DNA of 64,000 nucleotides from Andalucia godoyi And28 (lineage: Eukaryota; Protista; Jakobida): the NCBI GenBank assembly GCA_009859145.1, contig VRVR01000040.1:120460-184459 (forward strand). Direction: 5' to 3'. This document shows, piece after piece, positions 30,314-43,022 of the stretch; position 1 is the stretch's first letter; every line of letters starts with the position of its first letter. Under the pieces are notes generated by a model. That model searched no databases, was not told the origin of the DNA, and saw nothing but the letters and a program-made list of their open reading frames with translations. The position numbers were made by a program, and so were the translations under genes.

Positions 30314-32686
30314 ATGTTGCCCATGATGTTCTTGCGTAGAATAGTGCGACCTTTCGCGTCTATATATAGACGCGAAATGCCTCCACTCGGAAGTAGTACG
30401 TGGTTTGCGAGGGTACCTCGTGGATTTGAAGATTACGAAAGCACGAATTCGAGCAAGAATCCTCCGGGGAAGACAAATGATTCGCAGTCCAACACAGAGA
30501 AACCAAAGTTAGGATCTTCGCGTAACGAGTCGAATGGTCAAGGTAACCAGTCCTCTGGTGGCAGCAACAAAGGAAATAATGGCCCATTCGAATCCCTCAG
30601 TTGGCAATCAGTTGTTCCTCCATTTCTGGCGCTTGGAGTGTACTATTGGTGGATGTCGGGAAACCAAAACAAGGAGATTGATTTGTCATTTCAAGAGTTT
30701 CGGCGATATTTCCTTGAGGGTGGGTTGGTTGATAGAATTGAAGTTGTGAATGAACACAAAGCCCGCGTGTTCTTGAACAAGGAGAAAATCATGAAACTTA
30801 TGAAAGCAGGACAGTCTCCAGATGCTGTGATGTCTTCTGTTATGGATGCAGGTCCGGAAGTAGCAAATTCGTCGAGAGCGAACCCATATGAAGACAAGTC
30901 CTATGTCGAGTTTTCTCGTGGAAGCAAATCGCAAGCAAATCCTGGGGAGAACGGGGCTCGGAAACCTGCAGTGATTTCGCTCACCGCAGCTCAAGAAGAG
31001 TCCCTTGAATATGCAAGGAGAAGGATAACGGAACATCAGCAGAAGCCATTGTTTGTGTTTCCCATTGGCTCATTAGAAATTTTTGAAGAGAGAATGCGAT
31101 CGTCATTTCCAGATATTCCTGTTTCGTACGTGTCAGAGACCAACATTGGCGCGGAATTAGCAAAACTGGCTCCATCGTTGCTTTTACTTGGATTTTTTGT
31201 ATATATGTTTCGGTCTGCCTCCAAATCGCAAGGAGATATGTTTGGGGCTTTTTCCAAGAAATTTACTGCAAAGAACGAACGCGTGGCGAAGGTTACTTTC
31301 CAACAAGTGGCTGGTATGGACGAAGCCAAACAGGAAGTTATGGAATTCGTGGAGTTTCTCAAGACACCGGAACGCTTTCGGAAAGTTGGCGCAAAAATCC
31401 CGAAAGGAGCTATTCTGATGGGTCCCCCTGGAACTGGAAAGACTCTTCTTGCCAAAGCTACTGCCGGCGAAAGTGGGGTTCCATTCTTCTCGATAAGTGG
31501 CTCGGATTTCATGGAAATGTTTGTTGGGGTTGGACCTGCTCGTGTAAGGGATCTTTTCAAAGAGGCGCGCTCACAGGCGCCTTGCATCGTTTACATCGAC
31601 GAAATTGATGCTATCGGCAAGCCTCGCGGTCGCGGTGGTGGTTTTGGTGGAAATGATGAACGCGAAAACACGTTGAATCAGCTTCTAGTTGAAATGGATG
31701 GCTTTGGAGAAAACTCTGGTGTGGTGGTTTTGGCGTCCACGAACGTTCCTTTGGATGGATTGGACCGTGCTCTTACCCGTCCTGGTCGATTTGATCGCAT
31801 CATTTGGATTGATCGGCCGGAGAAATCGGAACGGGTGCAGATTTTCATGGTGCATCTGAAAGGTATCAAGCTAAACCCAGAGGTTTCTGTTGACCGTATT
31901 GCGAATCGCTTGTCCGAATTGACACCTGGCTTCGCAGGGGCCGAGATTGCGAATGTTGTGAATGAAGGGGCGCTTATCGCTGCAAGAAGGTCTGCTGCCT
32001 CGGTGGATCTTTGCGATTTCGAGGCTGCAATTGATCGCGTAGTGGGCGGACTGGAAAGAAAATCTCGTGTTCTTTCTCCTGAGGAGAAGAAGATCGTTGC
32101 GTATCACGAGGCCGGACATGCTGTGACGGGATGGTTTCTGTCAAATTGCGATCCGTTATTGAAGGTGACCATTGTACCAAGGGGCGTTGCAGCTCTCGGA
32201 TATGCACAATATCTGCCAAAGGAAGATTTCCAATACATCCGAACGGAACAGCAGCTGCTGGACTCGCTGTGCATGGCGTTGGGAGGTCGTGCCGCCGAAA
32301 AGATTTCTTTCAACCATCTGTCTACAGGTGCGCAAGATGATCTCCGACGAGTAACGGACATGGCGTACAACGTTGTCTCTCAGTTCGGCATGGCCAGAGA
32401 TGACGATCATCGGTTGGCGAATTTGAGCTTTCCACGTCCTCAGTCGGGACAGATGGAGACTCAGAAGCCATATTCAGAAGATACTGCTGCCCGCATCGAC
32501 CACAATGTGAAGTCCATTGTCAACGCCGCAGCAGCCAAAACGGAGAATCTGTTACGCGAGAAGCAGCAATACCTCAACACAGTGGCCGAGCATCTTTTGC
32601 TCAAGGAAGTGTTGCATTTTGATGATTTGGAAAAGATGCTGGGTCCTCGTCCGCGGCCTTCCGCGTCGTTCCCTATTTCAAATTGA
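30314..32686 (+). CDS. AFG3L2: Mitochondrial m-AAA metalloprotease AFG3/paraplegin (FtsH family)
   Basis: Presequence-like N-terminus, two TM segments, [57 protein letters not shown]. Confidence 0.93.
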   Translation: MLPMMFLRRIVRPFASIYRREMPPLGSSTWFARVPRGFEDYESTNSSKNPPGKTNDSQSNTEKPKLGSSRNESNGQGNQSSGGSNKGNNGPFESLSWQSVVPPFLALGVYYWWMSGNQNKEIDLSFQEFRRYFLEGGLVDRIEVVNEHKARVFLNKEKIMKLMKAGQSPDAVMSSVMDAGPEVANSSRANPYEDKSYVEFSRGSKSQANPGENGARKPAVISLTAAQEESLEYARRRITEHQQKPLFVFPIGSLEIFEERMRSSFPDIPVSYVSETNIGAELAKLAPSLLLLGFFVYMFRSASKSQGDMFGAFSKKFTAKNERVAKVTFQQVAGMDEAKQEVMEFVEFLKTPERFRKVGAKIPKGAILMGPPGTGKTLLAKATAGESGVPFFSISGSDFMEMFVGVGPARVRDLFKEARSQAPCIVYIDEIDAIGKPRGRGGGFGGNDERENTLNQLLVEMDGFGENSGVVVLASTNVPLDGLDRALTRPGRFDRIIWIDRPEKSERVQIFMVHLKGIKLNPEVSVDRIANRLSELTPGFAGAEIANVVNEGALIAARRSAASVDLCDFEAAIDRVVGGLERKSRVLSPEEKKIVAYHEAGHAVTGWFLSNCDPLLKVTIVPRGVAALGYAQYLPKEDFQYIRTEQQLLDSLCMALGGRAAEKISFNHLSTGAQDDLRRVTDMAYNVVSQFGMARDDDHRLANLSFPRPQSGQMETQKPYSEDTAARIDHNVKSIVNAAAAKTENLLREKQQYLNTVAEHLLLKEVLHFDDLEKMLGPRPRPSASFPISN

Positions 32687-32804
32687 ACGTAAAATCGACT
32701 ATCAGCATGAGAAGTGTGAACAACAACAATAATTTTAATATTAAAAATAATGCAAAACATGCTTTTTACGCCAACAAACATTCTAAACAGGCCAAAGAAA
32801 AGAT

Positions 32805-33311
<507 letters not shown>

Positions 33312-33713
33312 TCACGGCAATCAGCAATCCAGAAAAATAGGCTGCCTCCTCAAGTCGTGGAAATCAATAGACCAAAGAAAAGAAAAAAGAGAGAAAACGA
33401 AAGAAAGGGGGAAAAGAGAAGAAAAGACAGAGAAAGAGAGAGAAACACAAAAACAACTTTGAAGAACAAACACGAACGGAAAGAGCTTAGGATTGGGGTA
33501 GGGTTGGCAGGGTTTTTTTGCGAACTGTTTATGCAAACAAAGACTTCCCCAAAAAAACCCCCGACTAGGGTTCCAGATGACATCTACAGATACGCTCAAA
33601 CCCTAGGTCCAATTGCAGGAAAATCCCCTTTCTGTTTTTCATCTCCAGCCAAGCCACGTATTCTTTATTCAGATTTTCTGTGTTTTTCTCGTGGTTTACC
33701 TTTGCAGCACACA

Positions 33714-34540
33714 ATGGCAGCAGCAGCACCCCTCAAGGGCTATGGAAAGATCTCCAAGGGAGAGAACGGTACCCTCACATCTCTCGAGTCAAACGTTGCT
33801 AAGGTATGTGTTTTTTCCTGCTTTTCCTTTTTTGTCTTTGGCAGTACCCGGAGAGAGTTTTGTTCAATTGCGTCCGCATCCTCGCTCTTCTTTGATGAAT
33901 GGTTTGTCAAGGATGACATCTTGTTTACTCCTGACTTTCCGTGGAGGTTAACATGCATGGACTGAGACTTTCCAGTGTCTACGTCAATTTCAAAGAATGT
34001 CTGCTTACAGTCTCTTTTTTTTTTTTTGCTTTTTACAATATGAAATAGGCTTTGTTCGATCTCGAGGTCAATGCCGCCGAAGCTGAGCTCCGCGCAGATC
34101 TCCACGAGCTCACCTTCGTGACTGCACGTAAGATTCCCGTTTCGTCGTCCAAGACTGTTTTGGTCGTGATGGTGCCCTTCCGACAGCTCAAGACTTACCG
34201 CAAGGTTCACGCACGATTGGTTCGTGAGCTCGAGAAGAAGTTTTCTACTCAGGTTCTCGTTGTTCCTCAGCGCAAGATCCAGGGTGTTCCGTCGTCGATC
34301 ACCACCCGCCGTCCTCGTCACCGCACTCTGACTGCCGTGCACGAGAACTGGCTTGAGGACGTTTGCTTCCCCGCTGAAGTTGTTGGAAAGCGTACCCGTG
34401 TCTCTGTCAACGGCGGAAAGTCTATCAAGGTTTTCCTTGACTCCCGCGAGAAGCTCAACGTCGAGAATCGCTTGGATGCGTTCTCCTCTGTGTACCGCCA
34501 CCTGACTGGTCGCAACGTCGAGTACACGTTCCAGTCGTAA
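33714..34540 (+). CDS. RPS7: 40S ribosomal protein eS7, two exons (33714-33803, 34049-34540)
   Basis: Exon 2 has ALFDLEVN...LVRELEKKFS...QRKI...RPRHRTLTAVHENWLEDVCFPAEVVGKR. Exon 1 joins in frame across a GTATGT...ATAG intron. Confidence 0.95.
33804..34048 (+). other. Spliceosomal intron in RPS7 (245 nt)
   Basis: GTATGT donor, long T tract, TAG acceptor, phase 0. Confidence 0.9.
33887..33969 (+). ncRNA. Candidate intronic box C/D snoRNA
   Basis: Box C TGATGA 33893-33898, D' CTGA 33931-33934, C'-like GTGGAGG 33941-33947, box D CTGA 33962-33965. ACATGCATGG (33951-33960) is complementary to the conserved 18S segment CCAUGCAUGU. Confidence 0.7.
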
Positions 34541-34778
34541 TCCGCTTGTGTATTGAATTTGTGTTTGCTCTTAGAGTGTACGCGTTGTTGCTACTTTTCG
34601 ATTCATTTTCCCTATTTTATTTCGCTTGCATCACGCACCAACAACATATTTACAAGAAGCCCGTTGCATGTGCAAGGGATGCAAAAACACATGCTGTACA
34701 CCTAACACGTCTGCTACCATGAGGCTGTGCCTCCATCTTCCCCCACCCCAAAAAAGACGCAAAAAATCCCCATGTCGA

Positions 34779-34937
34779 TCATTCTTTCTTCGCGCTAGAT
34801 TCGCTCGACACCTTCTTCTCGTATTCCTTCGCTTTGTCAAGCGCGTGTTGCAACCACTCCTTCATGTCTGGGACATTGTAATTTTGTGCAACCCACACTC
34901 CAACTACTCCGCCGGCAAGAAAATGAAACAGTCCCAT
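34779..34937 (-). CDS. STMP1: Short transmembrane mitochondrial protein STMP1/DUF4535-like (52 aa)
   Basis: FLAGGVVGVWVAQNYNVPDM resembles the GxxxGxYxAQNYxxP family signature as I recall it; Lys-rich tail. Confidence 0.75.
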   Translation of the reverse strand: MGLFHFLAGGVVGVWVAQNYNVPDMKEWLQHALDKAKEYEKKVSSESSAKKE

Positions 34938-35427
34938 TTGGATTTCGAGTACCGGCTCTGGCAAAAAATCGGATGCAAATTTGCAGATATATAAGACACA
35001 CGAAAACAGCAAAACCTCAAATCAGACCAAGCAGATTAACGTTCAAAGACAGGTTTTTTTTTCATAAAACACAAAAGGACCACTTGTCGGTGCTGTCGGT
35101 GTTGCCCATCATTCATCGTCGGGAGAAAAAACAGAAATTCAGCACGGTGTCTTGCCCTGTAGTCGAAGGACGAAGAAACAACAAAAAAAAATGGCGTTCT
35201 GTAACTTCCAGGCATTTTCTTTTTTTTTACAGCAGCGAAGACACGGACAAAAATCAGCTTGAGTGCTTTTTCTTCACCTAGGACCTCAGATTAAATCTTC
35301 GTGCTACCCACTTTACGTCTGAGGAAGACGTTCCTTTTTCATCACAGGCACCGCTAGGGAAAAGAGTGAGATGATGCATTGAAGAGCTCGACGCAGAGAC
35401 AAAACACACGTGGCCATTATCTTCCCC

Positions 35428-35640
35428 ATGATTACGTATGCGCCTGTCGTTACAGTGATACTTGCTCTTGTTTTCGGCGTGCAGGATTTATGGCCTTTCC
35501 GCGAAAAGCAGCAGGAACACCTTCAGCGTTTGTGCACCGAATTGGATCCAGTGGAGTGTGCGCATGTCATACGGAAGCAGAAGAGTTGGAGTACGCCACC
35601 ACCCTCGCAAGATCGGACTAGCATGGTGCAGCCAAGGTAA
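35428..35640 (+). CDS. Hypothetical small membrane protein (70 aa)
   Basis: Hydrophobic N-terminal segment (VVTVILALVFGV) followed by a charged region; no family recognised. Confidence 0.35.
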   Translation: MITYAPVVTVILALVFGVQDLWPFREKQQEHLQRLCTELDPVECAHVIRKQKSWSTPPPSQDRTSMVQPR

Positions 35641-35748
35641 AAAAAAACGTCCTGCAAGCACAGGTCTGGGTGCCTTCTTTTTTACAACTTTTTTTTTCTC
35701 GTGCTATTTATTCTATTTCACAAATCCAGGCAAACAGCATCCTACTAC

Positions 35749-36276
35749 TTATGCAACAACGATTCCATCAAAGCGGTCCTTGAACCACTTAATGGAGTCA
35801 CGCTTTCCGATGCGCTGCTTGGCGCCCAAGGACGAGGTTGCACGCTTGCGGGTGGCAACACGTCCTCCGTTGCGTCCAAGGACGACGTAGAAATCCATAC
35901 CATAGATACCAGTCGAGGGATCATACTTGATACCGAGATCGATGTGTTCCTGAACACCGAAGCCAAAGTTTCCGGTTGCTGAGAAGTTGCCTTCCTTGAG
36001 CTCGAATTCCTTAACCTTCAGGCCGCGCTCCAAAAGCTCCTCTGCCTTCTCACCACGGACGGTGACGTAGCATGCGATCTTTTCGTTTCGGCGAATCGAA
36101 AAGGTACGAACAGTGAGACGGGCACGCGACATAACAGGCTGCTGGCCAGTGAGCTGCTCAAGAACCTTTGCGGCACGAGTCAAGCGATCTCCAGACTCTC
36201 CGACGCAAATGTTCAGAACGAGCTTCTTGATCTTGATGTCCCGGTTCGGGTTAGAGGTCTTGGGATTGGGAGTCAT
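35749..36276 (-). CDS. RPL11: 60S ribosomal protein uL5 (L11)
   Basis: [30 protein letters not shown]...[32 protein letters not shown]. Confidence 0.97.
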   Translation of the reverse strand: MTPNPKTSNPNRDIKIKKLVLNICVGESGDRLTRAAKVLEQLTGQQPVMSRARLTVRTFSIRRNEKIACYVTVRGEKAEELLERGLKVKEFELKEGNFSATGNFGFGVQEHIDLGIKYDPSTGIYGMDFYVVLGRNGGRVATRKRATSSLGAKQRIGKRDSIKWFKDRFDGIVVA

Positions 36277-36563
36277 GAATCTATGTATAGCGCCACCGAC
36301 AAGACAGAGCAAATTGACAACAAAAGTGCACACAATTCAGGTTAATCGGATCATTGACGGAAGGACGAGAAAGAAGGAAGGGAAAAACCTATAGCTAGGG
36401 TTGATAGGGTTAGCTTTCACAGTGTAGCAGCCCAAAACGACCGGACCCTGGAGAACGACTGTCGTTAGGCTAACAACTGGAAGCTTCCAGTGTTGATTCT
36501 GCGACTTGATGCAATGAGATCGTTAAACTGGATGCACTTCTTCTCCGGTTCTCTTGCAATTCG

Positions 36564-37745
36564 ATGGACCCAATTTCAGAAACGAACGTTTTTCGAATTT
36601 GTTGTTCCGCTTCTCAGTTACTATCTTCTTTGTCGGCTACTTATCGCAGGATGTCCACCACTATGCTGTCACGGCCTATCGGGGCACTGTCGCTGAATGA
36701 AAACCATTCGCCAAGATCCGCAAAAAGCAAGGAATCTGCGAACGCTCCTGTATGTTGTTTCGAGCTACCCGTTTTGCAAGTGAAGGCCTTCTCTAATCCA
36801 ACACAGCTTCGCACTCCGTTACTGGACGCAACCAACACTCCATCCGTCACTGCGCAACAAGGACCTGGGTCCAATGAATACCAACTGGCTACTGTCAGTG
36901 GAGTGCAGACTCCAACCAGCACGTCGACGGACGCAAAAACTTGGAAGTTGACGGACTTCGACATTGGGAAACCACTGGGAAAAGGAAAGTTCGGAAACGT
37001 CTATCTTGCAAGGGAAAAGAGAACAAAATACATCGTTGCTCTAAAAGTGCTTTTCAAGAAGCAACTGAAAAAAGGTGAGGTGGAACACCAACTCCGGAGA
37101 GAGATTGAGATCCAGGCCCATCTTCGCCACAAACACATCCTGCGACTTTACGGATATTTTTACGACCAATCCAGAGTATATCTGATCCTTGAATATGCCG
37201 CAAAAGGAGAGCTTTACAAAGAGCTGCAGAAAAGCGGGCGCTTTACAGAGAAGCGTACTGCGCAGTACATCTGCATGTTGAGTAAGGCGCTTGCTTACTG
37301 TCACTCGAAGCACGTCATTCATCGGGACATTAAGCCAGAGAATTTACTGTTGGACCACAAGGGAGATCTCAAGATCGCCGATTTCGGATGGTCTGTTCAT
37401 GCACCCAATTCTCGACGAACAACGCTCTGCGGCACTCTAGATTATCTGCCCCCTGAGATGGTCGAAGGCAAAGAACATGATAAGAATGTTGATATTTGGT
37501 CATTAGGAGTGCTGATGTATGAATTTTTAGTCGGCCAGCCACCGTTCATGGCTGCGGGAAACACGGAAACTTTCAAGCGCATTGTCGCAGTGGATCTCAA
37601 GGTGCCGAACTACGTTTCCACTGAGGGTCGGGAACTTCTGCAAAAACTCCTCGTGAAGCAGCCTGAGAAGCGGCTGCCCCTGGAACAGGTGCTGAAGCAT
37701 CCGTTTATTGTGAAGAACTGCACAAAGGAGGAGATAGATTCCTGA
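36564..37745 (+). CDS. Aurora kinase
   Basis: [70 protein letters not shown]. Start may be 36651. Confidence 0.96.
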   Translation: MDPISETNVFRICCSASQLLSSLSATYRRMSTTMLSRPIGALSLNENHSPRSAKSKESANAPVCCFELPVLQVKAFSNPTQLRTPLLDATNTPSVTAQQGPGSNEYQLATVSGVQTPTSTSTDAKTWKLTDFDIGKPLGKGKFGNVYLAREKRTKYIVALKVLFKKQLKKGEVEHQLRREIEIQAHLRHKHILRLYGYFYDQSRVYLILEYAAKGELYKELQKSGRFTEKRTAQYICMLSKALAYCHSKHVIHRDIKPENLLLDHKGDLKIADFGWSVHAPNSRRTTLCGTLDYLPPEMVEGKEHDKNVDIWSLGVLMYEFLVGQPPFMAAGNTETFKRIVAVDLKVPNYVSTEGRELLQKLLVKQPEKRLPLEQVLKHPFIVKNCTKEEIDS

Positions 37746-38377
37746 GAAACTTGAGATATGTGATATTTGTCGGTGTCGTTCTGTGCAGTCATTTTATGCA
37801 TTAAAAATAACTGATGACTACCTTTGTGAACGAATATCATCCTGACGCTCCCATAGTATATCAGGCATGGCGAAACATTCCTAATCATCCATCTGCAGGT
37901 TTTCATCGGAACCGAGTGCGCACCCATTCCAGAAGGCGGGAGGGCCCAGTGCGCAGAAGCGTTTTTCCAAACCAGATCGTGTACGCACTTTTTTCCAGTC
38001 TCGATCCAGTCGTGCCGGACAGAACGGGGACATTGGAATGACAGTGGACCAGCGTGAATGGAAAAGGACGAACGGAATAGCAGTGTCTGAAACGTCTGGA
38101 CTTGTAAGGTAAAGTATAGTTAAGTAGGGTAGCGTGCGGCACTGAGGATGTCGTCAACGATTCCCATAGCAGGCAGAAAAAATGAGGTGATAGATTGCCT
38201 CTCATTTACGAAAAGTTAAAAACTGAACAAGCACATCCAACAAGAGAGGAACGAACACAAGCAGCTGGGGTACATCGAAACAGAAAGACAGCTTTGGGTG
38301 GTGCCAATACTTCATCTGTCAAATAAATCCACTCCAAATGACCAAAAGGCAACCACTATCGGCCGCAGCAGCAGCAC

Positions 38378-40000
38378 CTAAAAGTCAACTGCAGGAACAA
38401 AAAGTTCCCAATCGAAATCGAATTCGTCAGGAAGCCCCTCATGTGGGCTCGAAGAAAAGGGAGAAGTAGACCATTTAAATGGAATTTGTTGATTGGCAGT
38501 GGGTCCAGAAATGCCAATGGCCGCAGCGAACTCAGACAATGCAAATGTTGTCACTTTCGAATCCGCGCCACCAAATGCATAGGGAGTGCCAGTCAACAAG
38601 TCATAACGGGACGCAACTGCATTCTTCGCGGAACCAAGACTCAGGGGATCATGCTGCCAGTCATTGAATCGAAGCAAGTTCTGGACATCCAACAACGAAT
38701 GTGTGAGCGAGGCATTCCGTCCAAAGATCCTGGCACGCGGGCACTTCTGGTAGCTGAACTGGTCACCGTACTTTTCCACCATCTCTGGGTACCCAGAAAT
38801 ATTAAAAACCTCGGGGAAGAACGGAATGTTGTAGGACGGCCAGTACTGCTGCTCTTCAACAAACTCGCTCATGTCCCCAGTGACCATGCGGTTCGGAAGT
38901 TGCTCAGAAACGACAATCGTTCCCGGGACAAGGGGGCGATGCGGAGAAAACAGTCCGTAATTAACAATCATCCATTGATTGGAATATGTTCCAGAGTTGT
39001 ACCGTCCAAAGAAGTCCACCCAGTCTTCTCCGGAATGCGATAAGATGTTCGCAACAGCTGCACGCTGCCACGACAGGAACGAATTCGTGGTGACATACTT
39101 TCTCTGATAGTCCAAATTAAACATGTCATTTGTCGTCTCCATGATAGCAAGTCTCGCTCCCGTAACGAAGAAATCATCATGCGATGAAACAATACCAGGA
39201 GCGCTGGAGAAAGACACAATTGCAGGACTCCCCTCATCCAAAAACTGATAATGCTTGAAGATTCGGAGCATACCCCAATACGGCCTCCAAGTGGTGTGGC
39301 CAGTGATGATATCGCTGTTATTGGAAAGCAAACGAATGAAGGCGGAACAGGAAGTCATGGTGTAGGCAAGATAGTCCTTCTTTGGGGCAGCTGTTGGATC
39401 GAACAGCGAGATGAGATCCGAAATATCGTCATTGGAGTTTGTCGCGTAAATTTCTGCTTCTGCATCTGGAATGGAAGCTCCGGAAAACCGAGCATACCCG
39501 CGGACAATGCCGTCAAACTGGCCTAGGACCATGGCTTGCGCCTGCCAGTATGCGTCCTCCAAGGACGCCGAAGCCACAGCTTTGCGAACCCACAATAGCT
39601 GATTGCGGAGGAAGGCAGCGGTGTTCGGAGGCACTTTTCCAGAGCTGGATATGAAGGAGCTGTTGTAGTAATTGCGAATTTGTTGTCCGATTCTGGAAAA
39701 AGTAAGCACGCCTTCCGCGAATCCCATTGCAAGGCCCGACAAATACGGCGTCAACTCCTTGGATGTCTCCATTCTGACATTCAGACGAGCCCACCCAATC
39801 TTCTCGACAGAATCATCGAAGGATGCAGAAGCGCCTGCCACCGAATTGCTGGCACACGGCAAAAGAAGACCACGGTCGCTGGCTGTCAGGACTTCAACGT
39901 CTTCGGATGCTATAAAAACACAGCTTCGCGCATAGATTGGTGCAGCGCAAACATTGCGAAACAGCACTGCAAGCACCAAAAGCACTACGAATTTCATCAT
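38378..40000 (-). CDS. Phospholipase B-like (Ntn-hydrolase) lysosomal protein
   Basis: Signal peptide; SCSAFIRLL...GHTTW autoproteolytic site; SFSSAPG...SHDDF; ETTN; YNSGTYSNQWMIV; EQLP; YWPSYNIPFF; RARIF; PFKW. Confidence 0.9.
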   Translation of the reverse strand: MMKFVVLLVLAVLFRNVCAAPIYARSCVFIASEDVEVLTASDRGLLLPCASNSVAGASASFDDSVEKIGWARLNVRMETSKELTPYLSGLAMGFAEGVLTFSRIGQQIRNYYNSSFISSSGKVPPNTAAFLRNQLLWVRKAVASASLEDAYWQAQAMVLGQFDGIVRGYARFSGASIPDAEAEIYATNSNDDISDLISLFDPTAAPKKDYLAYTMTSCSAFIRLLSNNSDIITGHTTWRPYWGMLRIFKHYQFLDEGSPAIVSFSSAPGIVSSHDDFFVTGARLAIMETTNDMFNLDYQRKYVTTNSFLSWQRAAVANILSHSGEDWVDFFGRYNSGTYSNQWMIVNYGLFSPHRPLVPGTIVVSEQLPNRMVTGDMSEFVEEQQYWPSYNIPFFPEVFNISGYPEMVEKYGDQFSYQKCPRARIFGRNASLTHSLLDVQNLLRFNDWQHDPLSLGSAKNAVASRYDLLTGTPYAFGGADSKVTTFALSEFAAAIGISGPTANQQIPFKWSTSPFSSSPHEGLPDEFDFDWELFVPAVDF

Positions 40001-43000
40001 TCGCTGCTTATCATCGTTACCGGATTCGAAGGAGAGGGATGAAGTTTGTCATCGAAAAGAATGAAATGCGCGTCCTACCTGCAAACGAATTGGCTCCATC
40101 ACCAGACAGTCAAATACAACTGTCCACGAGGTTCTCAGAACTTGAGTCACTGCTCGAGATCAAAAAAAAGATGTCATACGAATCGGGAGAAGAGGCACCC
40201 CAAAATCTACAACGGGTCTCACCAAGAAGATCACAACTTTGACAAGGCTGTCCGCTGGGCTGCTTTGCCAGCCTGCAAAGACAATCATAATTGTTTTTAA
40301 ACGCAGGAAGAAGGGGCATGTCTCATGACAGCCTCCGTCTCAAATGAGCATTAACGAGTTCTGTGGTGCACCCTTGCCGTGGTAGACAAGGAACATCGTG
40401 GTTCCGTATCGACAACGTCGCGCACCGTAGACTGTTGAGAAACAGTGTCTCAACGGACTGCAGTCAACTTCGGCAGGGTATGATATCATAGTGGTTCGTT
40501 GTTGACACGTAATGTGTGACGTACGTACATTGAGACGAGCGAAATCGCGTATCGCAGGACATATGAGGCTACAGAGGAACAATACTCTGACTTCATATTT
40601 AAGGAGTTGTTTGTTTATTTGTCATTTGATTGTTTGTTTGTTTTGTTTTCCACACTGTAATAAATTGACACAAACTATCCTTTATCATCCCTGGTTATAT
40701 CTTTTACTGGATATACAAGAATACAGACCACGAACTATGCTTTGTTTTTCGTCTCGATGGAGAACTGTCTCGCACCCTTTCCGTTGACGCGATGGGCACT
40801 GCTGCAGCAAAAGGGAATGCCCGTTCTAAGAGTTTGTGCACATCAAAAAAAAAACGTGCAAGCGGCTGTTCTACCAGGAACCAAGGAGCGGGGACCACCG
40901 CCAAGTCTGCTTGGTGGAGTGGAGAAAAAGTGAAGCCCTTTGAACGGCAAAATGCTGTGAAAAGATCCGCAAACATGACAGAGAACCTAGCCGGAGGATA
41001 AACGCGCCAATGGTTGTCGGGGCCAGGGAAAGAAATGGCTCCTACACACCTTTAGTAAACTCATCAGAAAGCAAGCCAGATGGAATGCGAAAGTGATCGG
41101 CAAGCCGCCCCAAAATACGCCTGACCATCTGCTGGATACGGACGACATGTGCGTCGGATGATAAGACATTCGAAAGGTCCACATGACGGACGACTTTAAA
41201 CAGTCCGACACATGTATAACATACAAACAGCTTCAACGGCAAGGAAACACCCGGGACTCACCGAACAAAAAAAACCGTGCACTTCGAAGGTGTAACACCG
41301 ACAAACACACAATGATGTTGAACAGCGCAGACTCCAGTAGTAATGCAATAACTGGGAACGGCGGTTTGCGAATTAGCAGGGGATAACCATGATAACAGCA
41401 ACATAACGTTAGCAGAGTGACTTCGTAATATGTATGTTATCAGACGTCGCAACAGGACGCACGAGAATTAGCTTTGGAAATCAAACAAGAAGCTGTTCGC
41501 AGAAATTAACAAAAAGCTAGTATGCTGACTTATTCCCGGCTCCCAGTGGAATAAGGAAAGCCGTTTCCAATCTACAAAAGACAATGACGCCGCCATCGGG
41601 AAGCGAACTAATCATTTCATACCGCATGACAGCCTTATCCATTGTCCATCGGCATGAGAGGGAAAGGTGGAGCCAGCTTCCAAGGATCTTTCGTTGCGCT
41701 TCAAAAAGCACGAGAAGGAACGAAATGAACAAGCCACACTAGCTCTGCCTTCACGTTTTAAACGACCTCACAGAAACGACGAACGTTGTCGGAGTGCTAC
41801 AAAAATCATAGACGACGTAGCAACTCCAGTGCTCGTCGCTAAATGTATTGCCACCATTCCCTAATTTCGTGGGGCATTCAGCTGCAGCATTACTCAAGGT
41901 TCAACTGTATATGACGCAACAGGACCAAAAAAGCCACCCTGCTGGGTAAAATGCACTGATGATTTTTGTCATCTGCACAACATCCTTTCGAAATAGCAGT
42001 TCATTTCTGTGTGGCCTTTTCTTCTAAAATCCCCCTCAATCTCAGAAATGTCGTAGTGGTCGTCGAGGTTGCCTGCCGCAGACATTAGCCCTGTCCACGG
42101 TGCCGCCCGAATGGTTGTTTTGTTCAGACGGCACAAACGCCGCCTTGCGTGCATTCTTTTGATGTACTCTGGTTTTGTCGCAAAGGAGATGTTTTTGCAT
42201 AACATTAAGGCATGCTCGTACTGTTTTGTCCGTCGAGCGGCCGTCTTACCTTTTCAGTTGCTTTCACGCTGTCAGGTAGATTTTCTCTCGTCAATTTTGA
42301 TCAGTCTTTTTTTTGCAATTTGATGCGAAACTCTAAATAGTCAGTGGTCCTTCCAGTTGTTTCTGGACGCGTGCGCAGTGGCTTCACGTGGTTTCCGGTG
42401 TTCAAGGAATGTGTGTCTTCGAAAAGACTCCGTTTTGCTTTCTTTCCTTGAATGATTGTATTGCTTTGCGGTCTCTTGCTGATATCGAGACTCATCCGGT
42501 CGCCTATTCCGGCCTTTTGGAATGAAAATTCGAAACGAAGTTGGCATTGTGGTGTCTACCGAGATTCGATGTTTTTAAAAAAAATCCTCACGTACTTGGA
42601 GCTGACCATAGATAGGCAACAGCTGGATGAGCACGGAATGCTATTTGACCGTCGATTTTTACGGTTTTTGCTCCCAGACATTCTTATTATTGACACCGTG
42701 AGTTTTGCTCTTGCCAAACGGTCCATTCATCGACAAGAAGTTCATGGAAACACGACAGAGATTTGAAACGGGTTTATGGCTTCGGATTATTAGGAAGACG
42801 GTAAAAGCAGCAGCGGGCTTGTGGGTGGCATGTGTTTTTTTTTTTTGACAGTTGTCAGGTACAACTTGTGAGAAAACATTCCTCGTATTCCGATCCGAAC
42901 GGAACAGCAATAACATTCTCAAGACTCGGAAAGTTCGGATCGTGGAGGCGCTCCCGTTGATGGAAAGTGCTTTTCAAGATTTGACGTTTGTTTGCGAAGC

Positions 43001-43022
43001 GGGATGGCAAGTTCGAAAAGAA

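Noticed and set aside
35284-35330. CCTCAGA...TCTGAGG hairpin followed by AGA, like a single-hairpin H/ACA (AGA-box) RNA
   Set aside because: The upper stem is only ~3 bp and I could not match the pocket to any rRNA sequence I know.
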